Shown here piece by piece: positions 10,603-21,010 of a DNA stretch of 64,000 nucleotides. Position 1 is the stretch's first letter; the number at the start of each line of letters is the position of its first letter. The notes under the pieces were generated by a model. The model saw only the letters and a list, made by a program, of their open reading frames with translations, did no database searches and had not been told where the DNA came from. Made by a program: the position numbers and the translations under genes. The DNA comes from Campylobacteraceae bacterium (GTDB lineage Bacteria > Campylobacterota > Campylobacteria > Campylobacterales > JALSKU01), in assembly GCA_026993075.1 (NCBI GenBank), contig JALWUQ010000005.1:1022-65021 (forward strand). Reading direction: 5' to 3'.

Positions 10603-10679
10603 TGGCGCGGCGGACGAGGTTTGAACTCGCGACCCCCGGCGTGACAGGCCGGTATTCTGACCAGCTGAACTACCGCCGC
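10603..10679 (-). tRNA. tRNA-Asp (GTC)
   Basis: The reverse complement is GCGGCGGTAGTTCAGCTGGTCAGAATACCGGCCTGTCACGCCGGGGGTCGCGAGTTCAAACCTCGTCCGCCGCGCCA. It folds as a cloverleaf with anticodon loop CTGTCAC and an encoded CCA. Confidence 0.95.
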
Positions 10680-10742
10680 AACCTAAATAACAAAGTAACA
10701 ACAAACTACTTAGAAAACCTGTAATCTGTTTTTTTGTTAATA

Positions 10743-10818
10743 TGGTGGTCGCTACAAGACTCGAACTTGTGACATCCACCTTGTAAGGGTGGCGCTCTAC
10801 CAACTGAGCTAAGCGACC
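10743..10818 (-). tRNA. tRNA-Val (TAC)
   Basis: The reverse complement is GGTCGCTTAGCTCAGTTGGTAGAGCGCCACCCTTACAAGGTGGATGTCACAAGTTCGAGTCTTGTAGCGACCACCA, with anticodon loop CTTACAA and an encoded CCA. Confidence 0.95.
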
Positions 10819-10855
10819 AAGTGTTTGTCCAGGACTTTTTGACCATACTAAATGA

Positions 10856-10931
10856 TGGCGACCCCAAGGGGATTTGAACCCCTGTTACCGCCGTGAAAGG
10901 GCGGGGTCCTGGGCCACTAGACGATGGGGTC
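10856..10931 (-). tRNA. tRNA-Glu (TTC)
   Basis: The reverse complement is GACCCCATCGTCTAGTGGCCCAGGACCCCGCCCTTTCACGGCGGTAACAGGGGTTCAAATCCCCTTGGGGTCGCCA, with anticodon loop CTTTCAC. Confidence 0.95.
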
Positions 10932-11010
10932 ATTTAAATTATAAATGCTAAATTATGAGTGTTGAATAAAAAAATAATTTAAAATTCATAAGTCAAAATC
11001 AAACATTAAA

Positions 11011-11086
11011 TGGTGACCCCTGTTGGATTCGAACCAACGGCCCATTCCTTAAAAGGGAATTGCTCTACCAACTGAGCTAAGGAGTC
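11011..11086 (-). tRNA. tRNA-Lys (TTT)
   Basis: The reverse complement is GACTCCTTAGCTCAGTTGGTAGAGCAATTCCCTTTTAAGGAATGGGCCGTTGGTTCGAATCCAACAGGGGTCACCA, with anticodon loop CTTTTAA. Confidence 0.95.
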
Positions 11087-11113
11087 ATCTGTTCACCGTG
11101 AAATGGAGTTGAA

Positions 11114-11142
11114 ATTATAGAGAAAAAATATCTTTTTGTCAA
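11114..11142 (-). promoter_or_regulatory. Consensus sigma70 promoter of the tRNA Lys-Glu-Val-Asp operon
   Basis: The minus strand reads cTTGACA-aaaagatattttttctc-TATAATttcaac. Both the -35 and -10 hexamers are perfect, the spacer is 17 nt, and the -10 lies ~28 nt upstream of tRNA-Lys. Confidence 0.7.
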
Positions 11143-11157
11143 GAGTTTTTATAACTT

Positions 11158-12249
11158 TTAGAAAAAAATATCTTTTTTAAGATTTAGAAGCAGTTTTATT
11201 GTATATAAGGCAGCTTGATTTTGGATATATATTCTATCACCTTGTAAATGCAACCTTTCTATTATTTGCCCATTGTCTTTACTTTTTGCTCCTATATAAA
11301 CAGTTCCTACTGGTTTTTCATTTGTACCTCCATCTGGCCCGGCAATACCACTGATAGCAAGTGATATATCAGAGTTACTGACATTTACAGCACCTTCTAG
11401 CATCTCTTCAACACACTGTTCGCTTACTGCTCCAAAATTTTTTAGTGTTTGTGTACTCACACCAAGCCAAGCCTCTTTTATATCGTTTGAGTAAGTTACT
11501 AAGTTTCCATTGATGATATTTGATGCACCGCTGTATTTTATAAACATTGAAGACAAAAGACCTCCGGTACAACTTTCTGCCACTGTAATTTTATTATTGT
11601 TTTTTATCAATTTATATTTAATATATAAAAGGACATCCTCCTCTGGTATAAGATTTTTATTTAAAAGTTGTTTTGCTGATTCTATGAAGTTGTTTATTTG
11701 TCCGTATTTTAAACTTTCTATTTTTATAAGATTCCAGCCTTCTATGATTTTGATAATTTTTATTTTTATTTCAAAGTTTTCTGCTATCGGACTTAATAAA
11801 ATCTGACAAGATTCTTCATCTATGTCAAATACATTGATAAATTTTATATTATTTTGTTTATTTAGAAGAATTGCAGGTAACTTTTGATTTTCTTTGATTC
11901 TTAATACATTTATCTTATTGTTTTTAGTTTCTATCATGTAGGTATTTTTGTCATAAACGGAGCTTTTTGAGGGAAGCAGCATCTCTTGTTTTAACACAAG
12001 AGAATCATTATGAATTGTAGATAAAATTTTGCCGATTATATTAAAATTTTTTTCATCAGTTGCAATTACGAGATTATTGTTTTTGGATATAGCTTCTTCC
12101 AAACTCAAAAAAAGATTTTTATCGCTTCCCTCTAATAGATAAAATGTATCTAGTGCCTGTAAACGCTCTTTTATAGCTCTTTGTATATAATCAACTAAAA
12201 TTGTATTGTATTTAATATTCTCGCCCACTATGAACAATGCTGTTTTCAT
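11158..12249 (-). CDS. cinA: CinA-family protein (C-terminal PncC-like nicotinamide-nucleotide amidase domain)
   Basis: 363 aa. The C-terminal domain carries TVAESCTGGLL...GAVSEQCVEEM...ISGIAGPDGG. The N-terminal part is divergent. Confidence 0.7.
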   Translation of the reverse strand: MKTALFIVGENIKYNTILVDYIQRAIKERLQALDTFYLLEGSDKNLFLSLEEAISKNNNLVIATDEKNFNIIGKILSTIHNDSLVLKQEMLLPSKSSVYDKNTYMIETKNNKINVLRIKENQKLPAILLNKQNNIKFINVFDIDEESCQILLSPIAENFEIKIKIIKIIEGWNLIKIESLKYGQINNFIESAKQLLNKNLIPEEDVLLYIKYKLIKNNNKITVAESCTGGLLSSMFIKYSGASNIINGNLVTYSNDIKEAWLGVSTQTLKNFGAVSEQCVEEMLEGAVNVSNSDISLAISGIAGPDGGTNEKPVGTVYIGAKSKDNGQIIERLHLQGDRIYIQNQAALYTIKLLLNLKKDIFF

Positions 12250-12365
12250 TTAAATTCCTCGTATTTTTATGAAGTATTATATCATAGCTGTTATTAACCG
12301 ATTTTTAATACCTTTTTCGATATACTTGCGAAATTTATAACAAACTGACCTTGGAGCTAAATATT

Positions 12366-15143
12366 ATGGATTACAAAGATACGCTGCTTTTACCGAAGAC
12401 TTCATTTTCTATGAGAGGAAACCTGCCTCAAAATGAGCCCAAAAGGTATAAAGAGTGGTTTGAAGAAAAAAATGTATATGAAAAGATGAAGCAAAACAGA
12501 AAAAATACTAAAAAGAGTTTTACTTTGCATGACGGTCCTCCTTATGCAAACGGACATATTCACATAGGACATGCCTTAAATAAAATATTAAAAGATATGA
12601 TTGTTAAAAAACACTATTTTTTTGGTGAAGATGTAAGATATGTTCCAGGTTGGGATTGTCATGGGCTTCCGATTGAGCAACAAGTCGAACTTAAGATCGG
12701 GAAGCAAAAAAAAGATACTTTGCCAAAGAGTAAAATCAGAGAGTTATGCAGAGCCCATGCTGCCAAATTCTATAAAATCCAAGAACATGAGTTTAAAGCA
12801 CTTGGTGTCATAGGAGATTGGGAAAATCCTTACTTGACAATGAAGTTTGAATTTGAGGCAAATATCTACAGAGCACTTTGTGATATTGCAAAAAAAGGGC
12901 TTTTGGTCGAAAGAAGTAAGCCTATATATTGGTCATGGGCAGCAAAAACTGCTTTGGCTGAGGCTGAGGTGGAGTATCAGGACAAAGAAGATTATTCTAT
13001 ATTTGTAGCTTTTAAACTAAGTGATGAAGCAAAGAAAAAACTTAAAATTGACGGTAAAGCTTCTGTGATTATCTGGACAACCACACCCTGGACGCTACCT
13101 GCAAATATGGCGATAGCTTTAAATCCTGAAGAAGAGTATGTACTGACAAGTGACGGTTTTATAGTAGCTAAAAAATTGTATAAGAATTTAATAGAAGATG
13201 AAATTATAAAAGGCGATATAGTTAAAACATTCGCTTCAAAAGAGTTGGAACATTTAAATGCAATAAGTCCGCTAAATGGAAGAAATTCTAAGATTATTTT
13301 AGGTGAGCATGTCGAGATGAGCGGAGGTAGTGGATGCGTTCATACAGCTCCAGGTCATGGCGAGGATGATTATAGGGTTGCTCTTAGATATGATATTGAT
13401 GTTATTATGCCAGTTGATGAAGATGGACTTTATGATGAAACAATCATCAGAGAAAATTTAATCCCCAATGCAGAGGATTTTGTAGGCATGCATGTTTTTA
13501 GTGCAAATGATAAAATTTTGGAATTATTAGGGGATGCACTTATAAAATCTTCAAAATTTACCCACTCTTATCCATACTGCTGGAGAACCCACAAACCGGT
13601 AATTTATAGAGCTACAAGACAATGGTTTATAGCAATGGATAAAGAAACAGACGGTGGCATACTTAGAGATAATGCTTTAAATGAGATAAAAAAAGTTAGA
13701 TTTTTTCCAAAAACGGGCGAAAAAAGACTCCAGACTATGATAGAAAACAGACCTGATTGGTGTATAAGCAGGCAAAGAGACTGGGGTGTGCCTATCGCAT
13801 TTTTTAGAGATAAAATAAGCGGTGAACCTGTATTTGATAAGGAAATTTTGGAAAATATTGCAAATATTTTTGAGCAAAAAGGAGCAGATGCATGGTGGGA
13901 TCTTAGTATAGAAGAATTATTGCCTAAAAATTCAAAATATGATGCAAAAAATCTTACAAAAGTGATGGACATACTCGATGTTTGGTTTGATAGTGGTTCT
14001 ACTTGGAGAGCTGTCCTTGAAAGTGGGGATTATGATGCCGGGAGTTATCCTGCTGATATGTATCTTGAAGGAAGTGATCAACACAGAGGTTGGTTTCAAA
14101 GTTCACTTTTAGTAAGCACTGCCATAAATGCTCACGCCCCATATAAAGATATTTTAACTCATGGCTTTACAGTTGATAAAAAGGGTGAAAAGATGAGTAA
14201 GTCCAAAGGGAATGTTATCGCTCCTAATGATATAGCTAAAAAATATGGAGTGGAAATACTTAGACTTTGGGTTGGCATGAGTGATTATACTACGGATTTG
14301 AAAATAAGTGATTTGATTTTAAAACAAGTTGCAGAACAATACAGAAAGATAAGAAATACTTTTAGATTTTTACTTGCAAATGCAAATGATTTGGATACTT
14401 TAGAAAGCATAAAAAACTTCTCACCCATTGACAAATGGATACTTTCTAAAGCAAATAGAGTTTTTATAGAGTGTAAAGATGCTTTTGATGTGTATGATTT
14501 TTCAAAAGGGTTATCTCTTTTAAGTCATTTTATCACAAATCATTTAAGCGGAATATATCTTGATATATCAAAAGACAGGCTTTATTGTGATCCAAAAGAT
14601 TCCATTACAAGAAGAAGTTCTCAAAGCGCAATGGCACTTATTGCTAAAAATATGTTAACTCTATTTGCTCCTGTTCTTACTTATAGCGTTGATGAGATAT
14701 TAGAACACGCACCAAAAGTCATAAAAGGCGAATGTGAAGATGTTTTTGATCTTGTTTATGAAGAGTTGCCTGAAGTCGAAGATGACTTTGATGAAGATTA
14801 TATGATGGAAGCAAGAGAGAAGTTTTTTGAAATTGTTGACAGTCTTAAAAAAGATAAAAAGATAAAATCAACTTTAGAGTTGGTTTTGTTTTCAAATTCA
14901 CTTGAACTTGGTAAAATGACAGGTGCTGACGGTGAAGACTGGTTTACTGTGAGCAATATAATCTGTGCTACTAAAGATGAAGAGATAGGCTCTTTTACAG
15001 TTGGTAAAGATAAATTTAAAATATATTTTGCAAAAAGATATAAATGCCCTCGATGTTGGAAATACAGAGCTAAAGTTGAGAATGAGCTTTGCGGTCGATG
15101 CAAAGGTGAAAAGCCAAAAACAAGTTGTAGTATCGATGTTTAA
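12366..15143 (+). CDS. ileS: Isoleucine--tRNA ligase
   Basis: HIGH ([11 protein letters not shown]) and KMSKS motifs are present, with a C-terminal Zn-finger (CPRCW...CGRC). I prefer the ATG at 12366 ([12 protein letters not shown]) over the upstream TTG at 12351. Confidence 0.95.
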   Translation: MDYKDTLLLPKTSFSMRGNLPQNEPKRYKEWFEEKNVYEKMKQNRKNTKKSFTLHDGPPYANGHIHIGHALNKILKDMIVKKHYFFGEDVRYVPGWDCHGLPIEQQVELKIGKQKKDTLPKSKIRELCRAHAAKFYKIQEHEFKALGVIGDWENPYLTMKFEFEANIYRALCDIAKKGLLVERSKPIYWSWAAKTALAEAEVEYQDKEDYSIFVAFKLSDEAKKKLKIDGKASVIIWTTTPWTLPANMAIALNPEEEYVLTSDGFIVAKKLYKNLIEDEIIKGDIVKTFASKELEHLNAISPLNGRNSKIILGEHVEMSGGSGCVHTAPGHGEDDYRVALRYDIDVIMPVDEDGLYDETIIRENLIPNAEDFVGMHVFSANDKILELLGDALIKSSKFTHSYPYCWRTHKPVIYRATRQWFIAMDKETDGGILRDNALNEIKKVRFFPKTGEKRLQTMIENRPDWCISRQRDWGVPIAFFRDKISGEPVFDKEILENIANIFEQKGADAWWDLSIEELLPKNSKYDAKNLTKVMDILDVWFDSGSTWRAVLESGDYDAGSYPADMYLEGSDQHRGWFQSSLLVSTAINAHAPYKDILTHGFTVDKKGEKMSKSKGNVIAPNDIAKKYGVEILRLWVGMSDYTTDLKISDLILKQVAEQYRKIRNTFRFLLANANDLDTLESIKNFSPIDKWILSKANRVFIECKDAFDVYDFSKGLSLLSHFITNHLSGIYLDISKDRLYCDPKDSITRRSSQSAMALIAKNMLTLFAPVLTYSVDEILEHAPKVIKGECEDVFDLVYEELPEVEDDFDEDYMMEAREKFFEIVDSLKKDKKIKSTLELVLFSNSLELGKMTGADGEDWFTVSNIICATKDEEIGSFTVGKDKFKIYFAKRYKCPRCWKYRAKVENELCGRCKGEKPKTSCSIDV

Positions 15144-15240
15144 GGAGCCTGTTACTTTAAGATTTATTTTTGAGACTATCGGAGTTATATTTGTTATAGT
15201 TGCAATTGGTATATATTTTGTCAAAAAAATGGCTAAATAG
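15136..15240 (+). CDS. Possible 34-aa single-TM mini-protein overlapping the ileS stop
   Basis: ATG at 15136 gives [34 protein letters not shown]. It has one hydrophobic helix and no independent SD. It is the only non-ileS part of the listed 15001..15240 ORF. Confidence 0.25.
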   Translation: MFKEPVTLRFIFETIGVIFVIVAIGIYFVKKMAK

Positions 15241-15269
15241 CAGAGTAATAATGTGAAGGAGAAAATATA

Positions 15270-16625
15270 GTGATAACACTAAAAGAAGCATTGAGTATTC
15301 CAAAAGAAGAGATGGCTGAAGTTAGAAAAGATTTGCAAAATAAAATAAAACAAAATAAAGATTTGGGTGCTTATGTAGAACAATTAATCGGTACTGACAT
15401 AAGTATCAGCGGCGAGGGGATACCTATAGCCATAAAAGATAATATACAAGTAAAAAACTGGAGTGTAACTTGTGCTTCAAATATACTTCAAGGCTATAAG
15501 GCTCCTTATGATGCCTGCGTAATAGAAAACTTAAGAAAAGCAGGTTTAAGCCCGTTTGGAAGAACCAATATGGATGAATTTGCTATGGGAAGCTCTACTG
15601 AAACTTCATTTTATGGAAAAACCAAAAATCCTTTCAATTCAAAATGCGTACCCGGAGGAAGCAGTGGCGGAAGTGCGGCAGCGGTAAGTGCCGGGATTGC
15701 TATTGCTGCTCTTGGCAGTGATACGGGAGGAAGCATAAGACAGCCTGCTGCGTTTTGTGGGTGTGTCGGCATGAAACCTACTTATGGAAGAGTCAGCAGA
15801 TATGGTTTGAGTGCTTTTTCTAGCTCACTTGATCAAATAGGTCCTTTTGCACAAACAGTTGAAGATGCAGCTATTTTATATGATATCATCAGCGGTTATG
15901 ACAAAAGAGATTCTACTAGTGCCAATATCAAATACAACAAGGTATCTAAAAGTTTAAACAGTGATAGAAAATTGACTATTGCTGTGATTGAAAATTATCT
16001 TGAAAGTGCAAGTGATGAAGTTAGAATTAAAATAATAGATGCCATAAAGGCTCTTGAGAGTGCTGGTCATAAAATCATATACAAAAACAGACTAAATACA
16101 AAATATGATATTGCAACTTACTATATCATAGCAACCGCTGAAGCGAGTGCAAACTTAAGCAGATATGATGGGATAAGATATGGTAATCGAGCAGAAAGTA
16201 TAAATTTAAAAGAGATGTATAAAAAAACAAGAGGAGAGGGTTTTGGTGATGAGGTAAAAAGAAGAATACTTCTTGGAACTTTTGTTTTAAGCAGTGGGTA
16301 TTATGATGCATATTATATAAAAGCTCAAAAAGCAAGGCATCTCATAAAAGAACAGTTTGAAGAGATTTTAAATGAAGCAGACTTGATCTTTGCTCCTGTT
16401 ACTCCTACAACCGCATTTGAATTTGGAAGTATAAAAGATCCTTTGCAAATGTATCTTGAAGATATTTACACTATAGCCGTAAACCTTGCAGGACTTCCTG
16501 CCATTTCATTGCCACTTGGATTTGATAGTAAAAATCTTCCCGTGGGCGGTCAATTTATAGGTAAGTCTTTTGATGAGCAGACTTTGTTTGATGGTGCTTT
16601 AAGCTTGGAAAAATTACTGAAATAA
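15270..16625 (+). CDS. gatA: Glutamyl-tRNA(Gln) amidotransferase subunit A
   Basis: Amidase signature [11 protein letters not shown] plus [12 protein letters not shown]. 451 aa with a GTG start after aaggag. Confidence 0.93.
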   Translation: MITLKEALSIPKEEMAEVRKDLQNKIKQNKDLGAYVEQLIGTDISISGEGIPIAIKDNIQVKNWSVTCASNILQGYKAPYDACVIENLRKAGLSPFGRTNMDEFAMGSSTETSFYGKTKNPFNSKCVPGGSSGGSAAAVSAGIAIAALGSDTGGSIRQPAAFCGCVGMKPTYGRVSRYGLSAFSSSLDQIGPFAQTVEDAAILYDIISGYDKRDSTSANIKYNKVSKSLNSDRKLTIAVIENYLESASDEVRIKIIDAIKALESAGHKIIYKNRLNTKYDIATYYIIATAEASANLSRYDGIRYGNRAESINLKEMYKKTRGEGFGDEVKRRILLGTFVLSSGYYDAYYIKAQKARHLIKEQFEEILNEADLIFAPVTPTTAFEFGSIKDPLQMYLEDIYTIAVNLAGLPAISLPLGFDSKNLPVGGQFIGKSFDEQTLFDGALSLEKLLK

Positions 16626-16639
16626 AAGGAGAGGTAAAT

Positions 16640-18088
16640 ATGAAAATAAGAAAAAAAGCTTTAACATTTGAAGATATTTTATTGGTTCCAAAATATTCTG
16701 AAATTTTGCCGAAAGAAGTTGTTGTCAAGACTATACTGACAAAAAATATCACATTAAACATTCCTTTGGTTTCAGCTGCTATGGATACCGTTACCGAGCA
16801 TAGAGCAGCTATTGCTATGGCAAGACTTGGAGGCATCGGGATAATTCATAAAAATATGGATATAGCTCATCAAGTATTTGAAGTAAAAAAAGTCAAAAAA
16901 AATGAAAGTGGAGTTATCTTTGATCCTATTAAAATTGGACCTGAAGCAAAGATAAGTAAAGCTTTGGATATTATGAGTGAATATAAAATTTCAGGTGTTC
17001 CCGTCGTTGATGAAGACAACAGGTTAGTTGGTATATTAACAAACAGAGATTTGAGATTTGAGAAAGATTTTAATAAAAAAGTTAAAGAGGATATGACAAA
17101 AGCTCCACTGGTAACTGCAAAAAAAGGAACTACCATAGATGAAGCAGAAGAGCTTTTTCACACAAATAAAATAGAAAAAATACCTCTTGTTGATGAAGAT
17201 GGACGACTTGCCGGACTTATAACAATAAAAGATATCAAAAAAAGAAAAGAATACCCAAATGCCAATAAAGATGAAAACGGAAGATTAAGAGTGGGGGCGG
17301 CGATTGGAGTAGGGCAGATAGATCGAGCAAGAGCTTTAGTTAAAGCTGGTGTTGATGTGCTTGTACTTGACTCAGCTCATGGTCATTCAAAAGGAATTAT
17401 TGATACTGTTAAAGTTATAAAAGATGAATTGGATATTGATGTGATTGCTGGCAATGTAGCTACTGCCGAAGCCGTTGAAGCATTGGTAAAAGCAGGAGCG
17501 GACGCAGTTAAAGTGGGTATTGGTCCAGGAAGTATATGTACTACCAGGATAGTTGCCGGAGTAGGTGTGCCTCAAATAAGTGCCATAGACGAGTGTGCAA
17601 GTACAGGAAAAAAATTTGGCATACCTGTTATAGCTGACGGAGGGATAAGATACAGTGGTGATATTTCAAAGGCTTTAGCCGTTGGGGCTAGTTCTGTGAT
17701 GGTAGGAAGTTTGCTCGCTGGAACTGATGAGAGTCCTGGTGATCTTATCATGTATCAGGGAAGACAATATAAGAATTACCGTGGAATGGGCAGTATCGGA
17801 GCTATGAAGCAAGGAAGCAGTGATAGGTATTTTCAAGAAGGAACAGCTCAGGAGAAATTGGTCCCGGAGGGTATTGAGGGACGGGTTCCTTATCGTGGAA
17901 AAGTTGGCGATGTGATCCATCAGCTTATCGGAGGCTTGAGGTCTTCTATGGGATATGTTGGTGCAAAAGATATAAAAGATTATCAAGCAAAGGCTGAATT
18001 TGTCGAGATTACTACTGCAGGACTTAAAGAGAGTCATGTTCACGATGTCATGGTAACAAGAGAAGCACCGAATTATCATATAAGTTAG
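16640..18088 (+). CDS. guaB: IMP dehydrogenase
   Basis: [16 protein letters not shown]-terminus, a CBS pair, and the catalytic loop [11 protein letters not shown]. Confidence 0.95.
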   Translation: MKIRKKALTFEDILLVPKYSEILPKEVVVKTILTKNITLNIPLVSAAMDTVTEHRAAIAMARLGGIGIIHKNMDIAHQVFEVKKVKKNESGVIFDPIKIGPEAKISKALDIMSEYKISGVPVVDEDNRLVGILTNRDLRFEKDFNKKVKEDMTKAPLVTAKKGTTIDEAEELFHTNKIEKIPLVDEDGRLAGLITIKDIKKRKEYPNANKDENGRLRVGAAIGVGQIDRARALVKAGVDVLVLDSAHGHSKGIIDTVKVIKDELDIDVIAGNVATAEAVEALVKAGADAVKVGIGPGSICTTRIVAGVGVPQISAIDECASTGKKFGIPVIADGGIRYSGDISKALAVGASSVMVGSLLAGTDESPGDLIMYQGRQYKNYRGMGSIGAMKQGSSDRYFQEGTAQEKLVPEGIEGRVPYRGKVGDVIHQLIGGLRSSMGYVGAKDIKDYQAKAEFVEITTAGLKESHVHDVMVTREAPNYHIS

Positions 18089-18110
18089 AGTATAGTAGAT
18101 AAAATAGTAT

Positions 18111-19211
18111 ATGAAAATAACTACAGCCACTAAGCATTTTACTTCTCCTTTGTATTTAGAAAGTGGCAGGATACTTGAACCATACGATATATCGTATGAA
18201 ACATACGGCGAATTAAACGAAGATAAAAGCAATGTTATAGTTATCTGTCATGCACTCACTGGAAGTCACCATGTAGCTGGATATTATGAAGATGATAAGA
18301 AGCCTGGATGGTGGGATTCTCTTGTGGGTGATGGAAAATGTATTGATACAAAAAAGTATTTTGTAATTTGTTCAAATGTCATAGGCAGCTGTTTTGGCTC
18401 AACGGGTCCTATGTCTGCAAAATATCCATCAAGCGAATTATATAGACTTAGATTCCCGGTAATTACAATAAGTGATATGGTCAAAGCTCAAATCAGCCTG
18501 TTTGATTCTCTTGGGATTTATGAAGCCCATGCTATAATAGGCGGTTCAATGGGCGGCATGCAAGCTCTTTGCTACGCGGTTGAATATCCTCACTTTACCA
18601 AAAGAAATATCATAATAGCAGCAACTCATGCAACTCAGCCCTGGGCAATAGCTTTTAATAAAGTAGCAAGAGAATCTATCATTAAAGATCCAAAATTTAA
18701 CGGTGGAATGTATGATGTAAAAGAGATTAAACAAAATGGACTTAATGGCTTAGCCATAGGTAGAATGAGCGGTCATATAAGTTACTTAAGCGAAAACTCA
18801 ATGCAAAACAAATTTGGTAGAAACTATGTAGAAACTGAAGGTTTGTACGAGCTTTTCGGACGGTTTCAAGTAGAGAGATATTTGGACTACAACGGATACA
18901 ACTTTTCAAAATGGTTTGACCCTCTTAGCTACCTTTATATCACAAAAGCAATCAATATATTTGATGCGAGTAGAAATTATGACTCTTTGGAAGATTCTTT
19001 ATCTCATATAGAAGGTAAATTGACACTATTGTCTATAAAAAGTGATAATCTTTTTTTTAAAGAAGAGATGGAGCAAATACAAAAGAGTATGAAAATGATA
19101 GGAAAATCCCACTTGGTGGATTATAACTGCGTGGATAGTGACTATGGGCATGATGCATTTTTGGTGGAAGTTGATAAATTTACCCCATACATAAGCAAAG
19201 CTTTAAAATAA
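18111..19211 (+). CDS. metX: Homoserine O-acetyltransferase
   Basis: Alpha/beta hydrolase with a MetX-type N-terminus (ESGRILEPYDISYETYGELN) and nucleophile elbow GGSMGGMQAL. Confidence 0.88.
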   Translation: MKITTATKHFTSPLYLESGRILEPYDISYETYGELNEDKSNVIVICHALTGSHHVAGYYEDDKKPGWWDSLVGDGKCIDTKKYFVICSNVIGSCFGSTGPMSAKYPSSELYRLRFPVITISDMVKAQISLFDSLGIYEAHAIIGGSMGGMQALCYAVEYPHFTKRNIIIAATHATQPWAIAFNKVARESIIKDPKFNGGMYDVKEIKQNGLNGLAIGRMSGHISYLSENSMQNKFGRNYVETEGLYELFGRFQVERYLDYNGYNFSKWFDPLSYLYITKAINIFDASRNYDSLEDSLSHIEGKLTLLSIKSDNLFFKEEMEQIQKSMKMIGKSHLVDYNCVDSDYGHDAFLVEVDKFTPYISKALK

Positions 19212-19222
19212 AGGAATAGTAC

Positions 19223-19750
19223 ATGGCATATATAAAATTACCGACTTTTGAAGAGATGTCTCCTTCAATTCAGGAAAAGGCAAAACCGATTTTGGAAAAA
19301 ACCGGAAAACTCGGAGAGATATTCCAACTTCTTGCAATAGATGAAAAAGTATATTTCGCTACAGATGAAATGGTACAAAATTATCTTTTAAAACCTACAT
19401 ATTTATCTTATGAGATTAAAGAGGCTATAGCTCTTTTGGTATCTAAAGAAAATAGATGTAAAATGTGTGTAGATGTTCATCAAAATATAGCAAAAATGCT
19501 TGGACTTACAAAAGAAAGGATAGAAGAAATTCTTAGTGGAATTGATGCTATGCATGTTAAAAATAGAGAAAAGCATCTGCTTGGATTTTGTATAAAAGCT
19601 TCAAAAAAAGATAACTATAAAATGCAAAAACAAGATATTGACAGGTTAAAATCATTAGGATACAGTGATAAAGAAATTCTTGAGGCCGTTGCAATTACCG
19701 GATATTTCAATTATATAAATACTCTCTCAAATGTATTTGGTTTAGGATAA
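19223..19750 (+). CDS. Carboxymuconolactone decarboxylase / AhpD-like family protein
   Basis: 175 aa with the CxxC-H motif RCKMCVDVH typical of the AhpD/CMD fold. Confidence 0.65.
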   Translation: MAYIKLPTFEEMSPSIQEKAKPILEKTGKLGEIFQLLAIDEKVYFATDEMVQNYLLKPTYLSYEIKEAIALLVSKENRCKMCVDVHQNIAKMLGLTKERIEEILSGIDAMHVKNREKHLLGFCIKASKKDNYKMQKQDIDRLKSLGYSDKEILEAVAITGYFNYINTLSNVFGLG

Positions 19751-19845
19751 TTGAACCAGTATATACAATTCTGATGTTTTAAAGATAATTAACTGATTTA
19801 TTATTTAAATAGAACATAAAATAAAAAACATAAAAGAAAATTAAT

Positions 19846-19873
19846 TTCTAATTATATTAGAATATGCTAATAT
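19846..19873 (+). promoter_or_regulatory. Candidate operator (TTCTAAT-tat-ATTAGAA) abutting an extended -10 (TGcTAATAT) upstream of merT
   Basis: A perfect 7-bp inverted repeat lies at 19846-19862. TGCTAATAT follows at 19865-19873, 24 nt before the merT ATG. Confidence 0.4.
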
Positions 19874-19896
19874 ACTAAAAAATTAAGGAATCCCGT

Positions 19897-20283
19897 ATGA
19901 ATTATAAAGCGACAAATAGTTTCAAATGGTTGACTCTTTTGGTGACAGGAAGTACATTATTGTGCTGTGCTTTACCTATATTGCTAGTTAGTTTAGGGTT
20001 AGGTGCTACTATGGCAAGTTTAAATTTTAATATACCGGGTTTAGTTTTTTTAGCAGAGCATAAAGTTTGGACTTTTAGTATATCTGCTGTAATGTTGCTT
20101 TTTTTGGCATGGATGATATGGAGGCCAAACCAAAGCTGTCCTAATGATCCGGAATTGGCAGGATATTGTGAAACTTCTAAAAAGTGGAACAAAATAGTAT
20201 TGTTCTTGAGTGTGCTAATATGGTTTAGCAGTTTTTTCTTTAGTTATTTATTGGTTCCAATTAGAGAATATTTTAATATATAA
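19897..20283 (+). CDS. merT: MerT-like mercuric ion transport membrane protein
   Basis: 128 aa with 3 TM helices. There is a CC pair in TM1 (LLCCALPILL) and a second Cys pair in the TM2-TM3 loop (RPNQSCPNDPELAGYC), matching MerT architecture. SD aagga is present. Confidence 0.75.
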   Translation: MNYKATNSFKWLTLLVTGSTLLCCALPILLVSLGLGATMASLNFNIPGLVFLAEHKVWTFSISAVMLLFLAWMIWRPNQSCPNDPELAGYCETSKKWNKIVLFLSVLIWFSSFFFSYLLVPIREYFNI

Positions 20284-20292
20284 GGAGAAGTT

Positions 20293-20580
20293 ATGAAAAA
20301 ATTGTTAATTGTTGGTTTGATTGTTGGAGCATTTGTATTGTCATCAGTATTTGCAAAAACAATAAAAGTTGATATATATGGTATGACCTGTTCTTCATGT
20401 GTTTATAGTTTAAATAAAACATTTAAGAGTATGAAAGGTGTGAAAAATGCAAATGTAAGCTTAAAAGATAAAAATGCAATACTGGAAATTACAGACAATG
20501 GACCCACTATCAAAAAAATAAAAAAAGCTATAGTTGATACGGGGTTCACTCCGACAAAGATTACTGTTCTTTCTAAGTAG
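20293..20580 (+). CDS. merP: Periplasmic mercury-binding protein MerP (HMA domain)
   Basis: Signal peptide followed by an HMA fold with GMTCSSC. 95 aa. SD aaggag is present. Confidence 0.8.
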   Translation: MKKLLIVGLIVGAFVLSSVFAKTIKVDIYGMTCSSCVYSLNKTFKSMKGVKNANVSLKDKNAILEITDNGPTIKKIKKAIVDTGFTPTKITVLSK

Positions 20581-20619
20581 TTTTTACGCTATTTATCGCA
20601 TTGTTCGTATTGTTGAATG

Positions 20620-20628
20620 TGCTATAAT
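20620..20628 (+). promoter_or_regulatory. Possible internal extended -10 promoter (TGcTATAAT) for arsR-merA
   Basis: tgctataat lies at 20620-20628, 32 nt upstream of the arsR-family ATG. Confidence 0.3.
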
Positions 20629-20659
20629 GTGAAGCGTAAGTTTTTATAAAAGGAAGAGT

Positions 20660-21010
20660 ATGGAAAATCTATGTTGTACTAGAATTGAAGTTGATGAAAA
20701 ACTTATTAAAGATGCCATAAACTTTCTTGGCACTGAAGATATAAACTTAAAAAAACAGGCAAAGTTTTTTTTACTTCTTGGCAATGAAATGCGTCTAAAA
20801 ATAGTGAGACTAATTTTGGAATTTGGAAGAATGTGCGTATGTGATTTGGCCGATGTGTTGCGCATGAAACAATCTCCTGTATCACAGCATCTAAGAAAGT
20901 TGAAAGATGGTGGTATTCTTATCCCAAAAAGAGAAGGAATGACTGTTTTTTATATGATAAGTCCATCTGCTATGGATGATATAAAAAGATGTGTAAAGGA
21001 AAAATTATGA
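20660..21010 (+). CDS. ArsR/SmtB-family metalloregulator
   Basis: 116 aa. Winged-helix core RLKIVRLILEFGRMCVCDLADVLRMKQSPVSQHLRKLKDGGIL with the alpha3 CVC metal site, plus an N-terminal CC pair (MENLCC). Confidence 0.85.
   Translation: MENLCCTRIEVDEKLIKDAINFLGTEDINLKKQAKFFLLLGNEMRLKIVRLILEFGRMCVCDLADVLRMKQSPVSQHLRKLKDGGILIPKREGMTVFYMISPSAMDDIKRCVKEKL

Noticed and set aside
10561-10933. ORFs 10561..10803 and 10706..10933 on the minus strand.
   Set aside because: They read straight through the tRNA-Asp, Val and Glu genes. Their GC-rich, Gly/Ser/Pro-rich translations are an artefact of tRNA sequence.
15001-15240. 79-aa ORF listed at the ileS 3' end.
   Set aside because: The first 45 codons are an alternative frame inside ileS. 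Only the last 34 codons (from ATG 15136) are outside ileS, and those are reported separately at low confidence.
20167-20174. Search for a parS site (TGTTNCACGTGAAACA) near parAB and elsewhere. Only a half-site-like tgtgaaac was seen, inside merT.
   Set aside because: No full 16-bp parS was visible by eye in this window, and a lone half-site inside a coding region is not meaningful.
20584-20640. Inverted repeat ttacgct ... agcgtaa flanking the putative arsR promoter.
   Set aside because: The arms are only 7 bp and are separated by ~42 nt. There is no T-tract and no second occurrence, so this cannot be distinguished from chance.
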